Origin: Thermoproteota archaeon
GTDB lineage: Archaea; Korarchaeota; Korarchaeia; Korarchaeales; Korarchaeaceae
Assembly (NCBI GenBank): GCA_035319845.1
Contig: JACXSR010000096.1
Location: 1 to 53,080, forward strand
Direction of reading: 5' to 3'
Length of the DNA stretch: 53,080 nt
Of this stretch, positions 26,187 through 34,387 are shown in pieces (the stretch's first letter is position 1; each line of letters starts with the position of its first letter). The position numbers were made by a program, and so were the translations under genes. The notes below the pieces were generated by a model. That model was not told where the DNA came from and made no database searches. It worked only from the letters and a program-made list of their open reading frames with translations.

Positions 26187-28664
26187 CTAAGGTCTCCTCC
26201 TTAGACGAATCGCAAGTAGTATGGCGGATGTTATCCCGACACCAATCAGGAAATAGATGAAGCTGTTCATCAACTCATCTAGGGATGAATAGGTGTACTC
26301 CTCTAGGGAGGAGATCTCGGCCTCCGCTCTATTGAGAATATCGTTGGCTTTTCCGTAGTTGGCTTGGTTTATCAGCCTCTTGGCATCTTCCAGCATGTCC
26401 TCTATATCACTCATCTTCCTCCTTATTTGAGGATCCATCCCTCCGGATGCCTCTTTGAGGGTCTTAAACCTCCTCTTCAAGTCAGCCAACTTGGATCTGA
26501 GTGACATCTCCAAGGATTCAAGTCCTTTCCCTCCTACTACCTCAACCGTCACGGTATTGGAAGGAATGAGGAGGCTACCATTTACTGAGATGTAAGTGGG
26601 GATCGTGTAAATGCCCTCCTCCGGGAATGTCCCGATGACCTCTATCTCACCCGGCGCGATGAATTCGACTGAATTTCCTTTAATTCTCCCCTTCGCCTCC
26701 AAAATAGTCATCTTAGCCGGGAACTCAACTGTTACGTTGCCGGATACATCATCAACACTGATTTTCAGTCTTATCTGCTCGCCCACGGTCACCTTCCTCT
26801 TATCGACCTCTACAGTAGCTCTACCGGATACTCCCCCCACAGGTATCCTTATCTCCTTGGTGAAAATGCGTTCCGAGTCTTCACCCTCTATGGAGTAATA
26901 GATCATCACCTTCAAGACAGCTGGTCCCACACTGATCGCCCTGAATGTAAAGGTCAGCTCCTTAGTAGAACCCTCGGATATATCCTCCACCAACTTAGAG
27001 GAGTCGGTCACCGGCTCCAGCTCGTCAGATGAATTAACTGTTATGAGGATCCTAGAGACGGGAACCATAGTCGTAAATGTCACTTTGATCTGTACAAGGT
27101 CCCCTACACTTGGGAGGTCTGGAGAGATCGCTATGAGAGCATTTAGCGGATTATCACCGGTGGACACTACTGAGATCTCGCCCAGTGAAATGGCGTGAAC
27201 TTCACCGCTGGAATCCCTTATGAGAACCTCAAGAACACCCTTGTAGTCTCCAACGGGTAGGCTCAATGGTAAGAGAATCCTCTGTGATTTATTACCTTGA
27301 AGCTGGATGGAGAGAGGAAATCTGAGAGAGAGCGCATCTCCTCTCCTAGTAGTTAGATTGAATCTAGCCTCTATCAAGGAAAGTGGGGCTGGCCCCATGT
27401 TCAATGCCAAGACATGGAGATCACCCTTACCTCCAACGAGAAATATACGAGATCCGTTTAACAGCCTGACATCGTAAGCCTTCAGGATCTTCATGCTATG
27501 CTCGATACCATAGACTCCTTCAGGGGAAAATCCAGTTAGATAGACCGGGGCCACGATCTCGGTGTTCGGGAGGGGGAGGTTAACCCTGAGCAGATAGTCG
27601 AAGCCCTCGTTTCTCAAGAATACAGACTTCTCACCTGGAAGGAGGAGGGTCAGATTCGACGCCCCTCCTGGATGTACGGAAATATCTACAGAGGTGCCAC
27701 CGATCCCCTCATCAGGTGCCTTTAACCCTATGTCCAAGGTGAAATTCGGATCAGACACGAAGGTCGATCCATCGATAACGCAAGTATCACATCGATCAGG
27801 GGACAATACAGCGTAGGTGAGGGGCCCGATTCGATCGACTCTCACTAGATATTTTTCACCGTTGAAAACATATATCCCAAGAAATTCGGTGATAGGTAGC
27901 CTATCCGTTAAAGTCAGGTTTATTGAGGGGCCATAAGCCTGTAGAGAGACTTCTCCCTCTCGGACATCGAGCTTCGTATACTTGTAGGGACTCACAGGAC
28001 CTTCCATCTCCACATCGCTTGCTAGAGGTTTAATGAGGCCATTGAAGGAGATCACGGTATTGTTTTTACATATGAGGATTGTGGAGAGATCTCCTTCCCT
28101 CGTCCAATTAACTTCAAAGATCCATCCATCCAGCGATGAGACCCAGAAACCCTTAGACTCGTTTCCCCTTATCATAGCGATCGCTTCTCCTTCAACCTTA
28201 GCCTCAAGGAGTTCCACCGTAGGATTCCTCTTCGATAGAACTGATATCTCATGAATCTGATTCGACGATGCCTTCACTAGAAAGGGCCCTATGAAGGCGT
28301 ATCCAGTCGCGTTATCGGCCTCGTAAGCCGGGTAAGAGATCGTAGACGTCCCTTTGAGCACGAATGTGATGTTCGTGCCGTTCACCAAGACCGAGTTATA
28401 AGTGGTGTTCTTCTCCCTGAGCAAATAGTAACCTTCATCACCTATTTTCGCCATCACAGTTACGGAGTAACCCACGGCCTTCACCAGATGAAGGGATGCG
28501 GGAGCGCTCTCGCTTCTAATTAGAGCCATTCCATTGTATCTCACGCCGTCCGATGGATGGGTGGTGGACGGCTGAGCATGCGCATTAGGGGAACTTATTG
28601 ACAGCAATAGCAGCGCTGCCATCAGCGCTAGAGTCTTCTTATTCCACATTTTCAGGCGTTCCAT
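26187..28664 (-). CDS. Large secreted, C-terminally membrane-anchored surface protein (Ig-like/S-layer-like domains)
   Basis: Signal peptide ending AHA, beta-rich body, helical charged stalk, C-terminal TM followed by RRR. Confidence 0.8.
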   Translation of the reverse strand: MERLKMWNKKTLALMAALLLLSISSPNAHAQPSTTHPSDGVRYNGMALIRSESAPASLHLVKAVGYSVTVMAKIGDEGYYLLREKNTTYNSVLVNGTNITFVLKGTSTISYPAYEADNATGYAFIGPFLVKASSNQIHEISVLSKRNPTVELLEAKVEGEAIAMIRGNESKGFWVSSLDGWIFEVNWTREGDLSTILICKNNTVISFNGLIKPLASDVEMEGPVSPYKYTKLDVREGEVSLQAYGPSINLTLTDRLPITEFLGIYVFNGEKYLVRVDRIGPLTYAVLSPDRCDTCVIDGSTFVSDPNFTLDIGLKAPDEGIGGTSVDISVHPGGASNLTLLLPGEKSVFLRNEGFDYLLRVNLPLPNTEIVAPVYLTGFSPEGVYGIEHSMKILKAYDVRLLNGSRIFLVGGKGDLHVLALNMGPAPLSLIEARFNLTTRRGDALSLRFPLSIQLQGNKSQRILLPLSLPVGDYKGVLEVLIRDSSGEVHAISLGEISVVSTGDNPLNALIAISPDLPSVGDLVQIKVTFTTMVPVSRILITVNSSDELEPVTDSSKLVEDISEGSTKELTFTFRAISVGPAVLKVMIYYSIEGEDSERIFTKEIRIPVGGVSGRATVEVDKRKVTVGEQIRLKISVDDVSGNVTVEFPAKMTILEAKGRIKGNSVEFIAPGEIEVIGTFPEEGIYTIPTYISVNGSLLIPSNTVTVEVVGGKGLESLEMSLRSKLADLKRRFKTLKEASGGMDPQIRRKMSDIEDMLEDAKRLINQANYGKANDILNRAEAEISSLEEYTYSSLDELMNSFIYFLIGVGITSAILLAIRLRRRP

Positions 28665-28718
28665 CTCTCGGGCCTATTTTACGTTTGAACGACTATCGTC
28701 GATAACCTCATCTCAAGA

Positions 28719-29996
28719 TTAAGGCAATACCCTCTCAGGATCCCTCGGGAAGAGGGCAGCTTCCTTTATGTTTGGCAGGTCCAGCATCTTCATGGTGAGC
28801 CTCTCTATTCCTACTGCGAATCCTCCATGGGGCGGTGCCCCGTAGGCGAAGAACTTGGTAAACCACTCGAGGCTTTCTGGGTTCATCCCTTTTTCTTTTA
28901 TTTGAGACACGAGCACATCGTACCTATGTTCTCTCTGACCTCCTGAACTAAGTTCCAGCCCCTTGTAGAGGAGATCAACGCTCCTAGCCCAAGTATCGTC
29001 TTCCTTCATCACGTAGAAGGGCTTTACTTTAAACGGGAATCTGTTGACGAAGAAGAAGTCCGCACCGTATTCCTCCTTCACGTATTGCCAGAGAAGTCTC
29101 TCGCTCTCAGTATCGTAATCCTCACCGTACTCCACACTTTTCCCCATCTCCTCCAATATATCATATACTTTAGGGAACCTCAATTCTGGAAATGGCGTTT
29201 TAGGGACCTCCAAGTCGACTTTCAGTAGCTCCAACTCCTTTGACCTCTCCTCCACTACCCGCTTTATGCCGGCTCTGATCATCTCCTCCTCAACCCTCAT
29301 GGTGTCTTGCTCATTCTCTATGAAGGCTAACTCAACGGCTATCGACCTGAACTCACTCAAATGCCTAGGAGTATGACTTAATTCCGCCCTCCAGTTCACG
29401 CCTAGGTCGTATATCCTTTCAAACCCCCCTATTATGGTCAGCTGCCTGTGCAGCTGGGGGTCCTGTCTCAGATACGCCTCTCTATCGAAGTAATGAACCC
29501 TGAAGACCTCAGCACCGCTCTCACTTGCTGCCCCTATTATGGCCGGCGTGAATACCCTCAGAAACCCATTCTCTCTTAACCATTCTTCCATGCCATGGAT
29601 TAAGGATGCTTCTATCTTGAAAATCGCTTGGACCTCCGGCCTTCTGAGGTCTAGAGGACGATTATCCAACCTGGTTGGTAATTGGGCTGGAACCTTCCAG
29701 TTTGGATCCATTGGAAGTTTTGGATGAGCTATGGAATGCACAATGATTTTAGTGGGCACTACCTCCCTATCCACAGCTTTTGCTCTCTTCTCTGCCACTT
29801 CCTCACCTATCGCCTCTATTACTGATTCCTGAGTTAGGTCTTCGGTTAGCTCGAATAACTCATCAGGAGTGACCCCTCTCTTGAGCGTCAGTTGGACCTT
29901 CTCCTTCCAGTTCCTTATGACAACGAACCTGATCCTTCCTAGATCGCGTACCTCGCTGACCCAGCCGTGGACCCTCACTCCACCTTCCTCACCCAT
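28719..29996 (-). CDS. aspS: Aspartyl-tRNA synthetase (archaeal type)
   Basis: OB fold GWV...RDLG, RL..R.LDLR, ELSSGGQREHRYD, PPHGG...GIER, FPRD. Confidence 0.95.
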   Translation of the reverse strand: MGEEGGVRVHGWVSEVRDLGRIRFVVIRNWKEKVQLTLKRGVTPDELFELTEDLTQESVIEAIGEEVAEKRAKAVDREVVPTKIIVHSIAHPKLPMDPNWKVPAQLPTRLDNRPLDLRRPEVQAIFKIEASLIHGMEEWLRENGFLRVFTPAIIGAASESGAEVFRVHYFDREAYLRQDPQLHRQLTIIGGFERIYDLGVNWRAELSHTPRHLSEFRSIAVELAFIENEQDTMRVEEEMIRAGIKRVVEERSKELELLKVDLEVPKTPFPELRFPKVYDILEEMGKSVEYGEDYDTESERLLWQYVKEEYGADFFFVNRFPFKVKPFYVMKEDDTWARSVDLLYKGLELSSGGQREHRYDVLVSQIKEKGMNPESLEWFTKFFAYGAPPHGGFAVGIERLTMKMLDLPNIKEAALFPRDPERVLP

Positions 29997-32944
29997 ATGA
30001 ATACCCTCCTACCGTCTACTTCCCATTCCTTCCCGAAGGAACTACTAGGCACCTCGCTCTCGTCGCTAACGAACTTTATAACATTGGCATCAGAGTCCCA
30101 AGCTATCTCGTCGTAATATTTCTCCAGTGCCTTTCTCAGATCTTCATCACCCTGCAAATAAACCTCTATCCTCTCCAAACCTATGGTGAGACCCAATTCC
30201 TTTCTCATGAGCTGTATCCTTCTAGTTAATTCCCTAGCAAGACCTCCCAAGATCTCTTCTTCTCCCATCTCCAAGTTAAGGAACACGCTTCCTTCGCTGA
30301 AATCAGCCTTAGTCCATTTCCCCTCAGCAGGCTCTTCCCCGATTCTCACATCCTTAACGTTAGCCTCGGTGATAAGTACATCTTTAAGCACCTCAACGGC
30401 CCTCCTCACATTGTCATTCCCGGTAACGACGACCATCTCCCTAAGAGGCTGTCTCTTCCTCACTCCTGCATTCGATCGAGCGAATCCAGAGGCACTGACT
30501 ATAGATCTGACATATTCCATCATGCTCTCTAGCTCAGGATCGATCATCTGATCGTCTGGATCTGCCAGCAAGAGGAAGTTAACGCTCTCGGGATCGCTCT
30601 CCCCTTTAAACGATTCTAGGTATATCTTCTCCGACATGAGCGGCGCAAAGATGGAAAGATAGGGCAAGGTCTCCCTTAGCACATGGTAGAGCACCCTCCC
30701 CCATTGATCAGCCACGGAACTATCCTTCGACCTCAACTTCTTCCTAGCTACCCTGAGGTACAAGTGACTTAGATCCTCTATCAGGAATGAGAGTACCTCA
30801 TTACTCGCTACATGGAGGTGATACTCGTTCATACTCTCCCTGACCTTTTTCATCATCGAATGGAGCCTAGACAGGACCCATCTGTTAACAGGATCGAGTT
30901 CTTCTTTGGGAGGGAGTTGATCCAACTCCTTATCCCTAAGATAAGTCGTGGCGAATACGTAAACGTTCCAAATGACAGATAGACGCCTCTCCATCTCTTT
31001 AAGTCCCTTCCAAGAGAACCTCAAGTCCTGCCACGGAACCTTAGTGAGGACGAAGAACCTAAAGGTGTCCCTAGCGACATTCTTCAAAATCTCCGGTGGA
31101 GGTACGTAGTTCCCCAGACGCTTATGCATCTCCCTTCCCTTCTCGTCTAACATGAAGCCATGCATGAGAACGGATTTGTATGGAACTTGGTTGAACAGGA
31201 GGGTCCCCATCCTGAGGAGACTGAAGAACCATCCCCTTATCTGATCATGTCCCTCCGTTATGAAATCGACTGGAAATATCTCTTGGAAGGTCTCCCTATT
31301 CCTATGAGGATAACCAACGCTAGCGAAGAAGGATACACCCGAGTCATACCACACATCCATTATATCGGGAATCCTTCTCATCTTCCCTCCGCATTTAGGG
31401 CACTTCCACGTAACCCTGTCCACCCACGGCCTGTGGAGGTCCTCGGGCTTTGCTCCAGACTTTTCTTCAATCTCTCTAGCGGAACCAACGACCTCTATGT
31501 GACCGCATCTCTCGCACCTCCAAATCGGAAGAGGAATGCCCCAGTACCTCTGCCTCGATATTATCCAGTCCTCTAAACCAAGCAGCCAATCTCTAAACCT
31601 CCTCTCCCCTCCCCATTTGGGAACCCACTTTACCCTTCCGCTCTCCTCGAGCAGTTTCTCTCTCAGGTCCGTCAGCTTGACAAACCACTGCTTGGTCGTC
31701 CTTATTATTAGCGGAGTGTCGCATCTCCAGCATACGGGATACTTGTGTATGACAGTTCCCCTATGGAAAAGTGCACCTCTCTTGTCCAAATCTTCGATTA
31801 TCAGATTATTAGCCTCTCTCACTTGGAGACCAGCATACTTACCAGCTTCTTCAGTGAACCTCCCCCTCTCATCCACCGGACTCACAACGGGAAGGCCGTA
31901 CTTCATGCCGACCTCGAAGTCCTCCTTACCATGGCCTGGCGCGCTGTGCACGCAACCACTACCCTCCTCCATCGTGACATACTCCTCACTCAACACAACC
32001 CTGTGCACATCCTTGAGCTTTTGCTGGATGGGTATCAGATCCTCCAATGGGTGCTCATATCTCAAACCTTCAAGCGTGCGCCCATCAAACTCCTCCACGA
32101 CCTCGTACTCCTCCACCCCGGCATCCTTCATCACAGCATCCAACCTGGCCTTAGCTAGGATCAGCAGGTCCTCACCAACTCTGACCTTAACATACTTCTC
32201 ATCTGGATGCACCATGACCGACACATTACCCGGCAGAGTCCAGGGAGTTGTCGTCCATATGAGCAGGTACTCGTTCTCGTCCCCCCGGATCCTGAATTTT
32301 ACGTAAATGGAGGGATCCATTAGGTCCTTGTAGCTCTCACTAACTTCGTAATCGGATAGAACTGTCTCGCATCTGGGGCACCAGTGAACAGGTCTCTCCC
32401 CTTCGTAGAGTCTTCCGCTCTCCCAGATCTTCTTTACGCCCCACCAAGCGCTTTCTATGTAGTCATTCTCGAATGTCCTGTATGGGTGATCCCAATCCAT
32501 TGACACCGCGAACTCCTTGAAGTGCTCGGTCATAGATTCTAAGTTCTTGGTGGCGAGCTCCTTACACTTGAGAACGAACTTGTCAATTCCATAATTTTCG
32601 ATATCCTTCTTAGAAGTGAATCCCAAGGCTTTCTCGGTCATCACCTCTATGGGAAGTCCATGAGTATCCCATCCTGGCTTATCCAGAACATCGTAACCTT
32701 CCCCTCTTCTGAACCTGAGGACCGAGTCCTTGATTATCTTGTTCCACACGGTTCCCGGGTGAGGCATGTCCGATGAAGGATAAGGAGGGCCATCTAAGAA
32801 ATGGAACCTTCTGTTACCTCTTCTGGCCTCCCTCAACTTCTCGTAGATCTTGGCTTCATCCCAGAACCTCAGTATTTCCGGCTCGTACTTCTTAGGATCG
32901 AAATTTCTAGTCAGTTGTCTGACCTTGCTCATTTCCCGGGGCAC
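29975..32944 (-). CDS. ileS: Isoleucyl-tRNA synthetase
   Basis: DGPPY, GWDTHGLPIE, WTTTPWTLP, DW.ISRQRYWG.P, EG.DQ.RGWF; HPGT and EMHKR are variants of HIGH and KMSKS. Confidence 0.97.
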   Translation of the reverse strand: MPREMSKVRQLTRNFDPKKYEPEILRFWDEAKIYEKLREARRGNRRFHFLDGPPYPSSDMPHPGTVWNKIIKDSVLRFRRGEGYDVLDKPGWDTHGLPIEVMTEKALGFTSKKDIENYGIDKFVLKCKELATKNLESMTEHFKEFAVSMDWDHPYRTFENDYIESAWWGVKKIWESGRLYEGERPVHWCPRCETVLSDYEVSESYKDLMDPSIYVKFRIRGDENEYLLIWTTTPWTLPGNVSVMVHPDEKYVKVRVGEDLLILAKARLDAVMKDAGVEEYEVVEEFDGRTLEGLRYEHPLEDLIPIQQKLKDVHRVVLSEEYVTMEEGSGCVHSAPGHGKEDFEVGMKYGLPVVSPVDERGRFTEEAGKYAGLQVREANNLIIEDLDKRGALFHRGTVIHKYPVCWRCDTPLIIRTTKQWFVKLTDLREKLLEESGRVKWVPKWGGERRFRDWLLGLEDWIISRQRYWGIPLPIWRCERCGHIEVVGSAREIEEKSGAKPEDLHRPWVDRVTWKCPKCGGKMRRIPDIMDVWYDSGVSFFASVGYPHRNRETFQEIFPVDFITEGHDQIRGWFFSLLRMGTLLFNQVPYKSVLMHGFMLDEKGREMHKRLGNYVPPPEILKNVARDTFRFFVLTKVPWQDLRFSWKGLKEMERRLSVIWNVYVFATTYLRDKELDQLPPKEELDPVNRWVLSRLHSMMKKVRESMNEYHLHVASNEVLSFLIEDLSHLYLRVARKKLRSKDSSVADQWGRVLYHVLRETLPYLSIFAPLMSEKIYLESFKGESDPESVNFLLLADPDDQMIDPELESMMEYVRSIVSASGFARSNAGVRKRQPLREMVVVTGNDNVRRAVEVLKDVLITEANVKDVRIGEEPAEGKWTKADFSEGSVFLNLEMGEEEILGGLARELTRRIQLMRKELGLTIGLERIEVYLQGDEDLRKALEKYYDEIAWDSDANVIKFVSDESEVPSSSFGKEWEVDGRRVFIWVRKVE

Positions 32945-32980
32945 CTCGCTGCGTGCTCACTCCTACGTCGACCTTCAAGT

Positions 32981-32988
32981 TTATAAAT
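32981..32988. promoter_or_regulatory. TATA box between divergent ileS and 5S rRNA
   Basis: ttataaat, about 23 nt before the 5S gene and about 37 nt before the ileS start; usable on both strands. Confidence 0.5.
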
Positions 32989-33010
32989 GAGAGCTAATAC
33001 CCCCCTACGA

Positions 33011-33136
33011 GGGCGAGCGGCCATAGCGGTCGGGGACACACCCGGACTCATTCCGAACCCGGAAGTTAAGCCCGGCCGCGTTCCGCGGAGTACTGAGCTC
33101 CGTAAGGGCTCGGGAAACGCGGAAGCCGCTAAGCCC
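33011..33136 (+). rRNA. rrf: 5S ribosomal RNA
   Basis: gcggccatagcg...cacccggactcattccgaacccggaagttaag...agtactg...gggaaac; terminal helix agcggc/gccgct; ends approximate. Confidence 0.95.
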
Positions 33137-33138
33137 CC

Positions 33139-34254
33139 TTAACATGTGTGTAGCAACTCATCCGCTCCTACTTTCTCCACGATCTTCACGAAATCCCTCC
33201 ATTTACCCCTAGTTTTAGGTTTCTTGGGGACAAATGGGCAGGAAACGTCGTATGATATAGATACGTCATATGTCCTGATTTCCTTCGCCAGTTCGACTAT
33301 CTCATCCTTGTCCATCCCTATCAAGGGCCTAAGCACAGGCTTTTCCAAGCACCTACTCTCCACTTCCAAGTTATCTAGGGTCTGGCTAGCCACTTGGCCG
33401 AGGGAATCGCCTGTGACTATGGCGCTTGCTCCAATCTCCTTGGCCAACTTGTTGGCGATTACCAGCATTCTCCTCTTACATAGGAGGCATGTCCACTCCC
33501 TAGCACCCTTCTCAACGAAATCCCTCAGAGCTGTCCCGTGTTCTACCACTATGGGTTCGAATCTAACGCCATGAGAGTATCTCTTAAGTACCGAAACGAT
33601 CTCCCTGAACCCCCTCTCTTCTTCCGGAGTTTTCCGGAAGTGTACAGGTATGACAATAGCCCCCCTTCTCATCATGAGCCAAGCAGCTACGGGGCTGTCT
33701 ATACCACTGGATATCAGGGCGATCACCTTACCCTGACTGCCGACAGGAAGCCCACCGTATCCCTTTATCCTCTCATCAGTGACGTATGCCTTGCCCGCCA
33801 CTATCTCTACGATTATCTCTTGATCCGGATTGCTCAGGTCAACGGGCCTTCCCGTGCTACCCTTTATTAGACTACCGACATCCCTAGCCAATTCTACTGA
33901 TGTGAGAGGGAAATCCTTAGTTACCCTTTGAACCCTAACTGCGAAGCTACCGCCCCTCTCAGCAGCAATAGATAGGGCTACCCTCTTTATGGAATCCACC
34001 TCGGCGTCAATCTCGATGGAGGGGCTATAGGACTTAACACCGAATACCCACCTAGTGACTTCCCTGACCCGCGGGTCGGATGTGTATACCACTATCCTAC
34101 TGGCTCTCTTGACGATCTTGATGAAGTGAACACCTTCCGCTCTGAAAGTCTCTTCTAAATTCCTGATCAATAATCTCTCCATCTCTCTCCTGACATGCGA
34201 TGACTTCAGGCCTATCTCGGAGTACCTGACTATTAGGGAGTTGAACTTATCCAA
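33139..34254 (-). CDS. thiI: tRNA 4-thiouridine(8) synthase ThiI (no rhodanese domain)
   Basis: VRYSEI.LKS, THUMP domain, GGLPVG, SSGIDSPVA, CLLC, GQVASQTL.N, RPLIG.DK. Confidence 0.93.
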   Translation of the reverse strand: MDKFNSLIVRYSEIGLKSSHVRREMERLLIRNLEETFRAEGVHFIKIVKRASRIVVYTSDPRVREVTRWVFGVKSYSPSIEIDAEVDSIKRVALSIAAERGGSFAVRVQRVTKDFPLTSVELARDVGSLIKGSTGRPVDLSNPDQEIIVEIVAGKAYVTDERIKGYGGLPVGSQGKVIALISSGIDSPVAAWLMMRRGAIVIPVHFRKTPEEERGFREIVSVLKRYSHGVRFEPIVVEHGTALRDFVEKGAREWTCLLCKRRMLVIANKLAKEIGASAIVTGDSLGQVASQTLDNLEVESRCLEKPVLRPLIGMDKDEIVELAKEIRTYDVSISYDVSCPFVPKKPKTRGKWRDFVKIVEKVGADELLHTC

Positions 34255-34387
34255 GGGATCACCGAGCTACTTGGATGGCCATCCAAAAATCTATCGCTGA
34301 CCATCGAGGAGTGCCTGAATAAAGATTTTACAGGCAAGGGGAGCGAAACCTTAAAGCGCCTCTGCACCCAGTCAGGAGAGGAGCATC

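Noticed and set aside
31110-32770. IleRS HPGT and EMHKR instead of HIGH and KMSKS
   Set aside because: To my knowledge similar variants occur in other archaeal IleRS, and the rest of the enzyme is intact.
33554-33563. ggttcgaatc, a tRNA T-loop-like word
   Set aside because: It lies inside thiI (antisense) and no cloverleaf can be folded around it.
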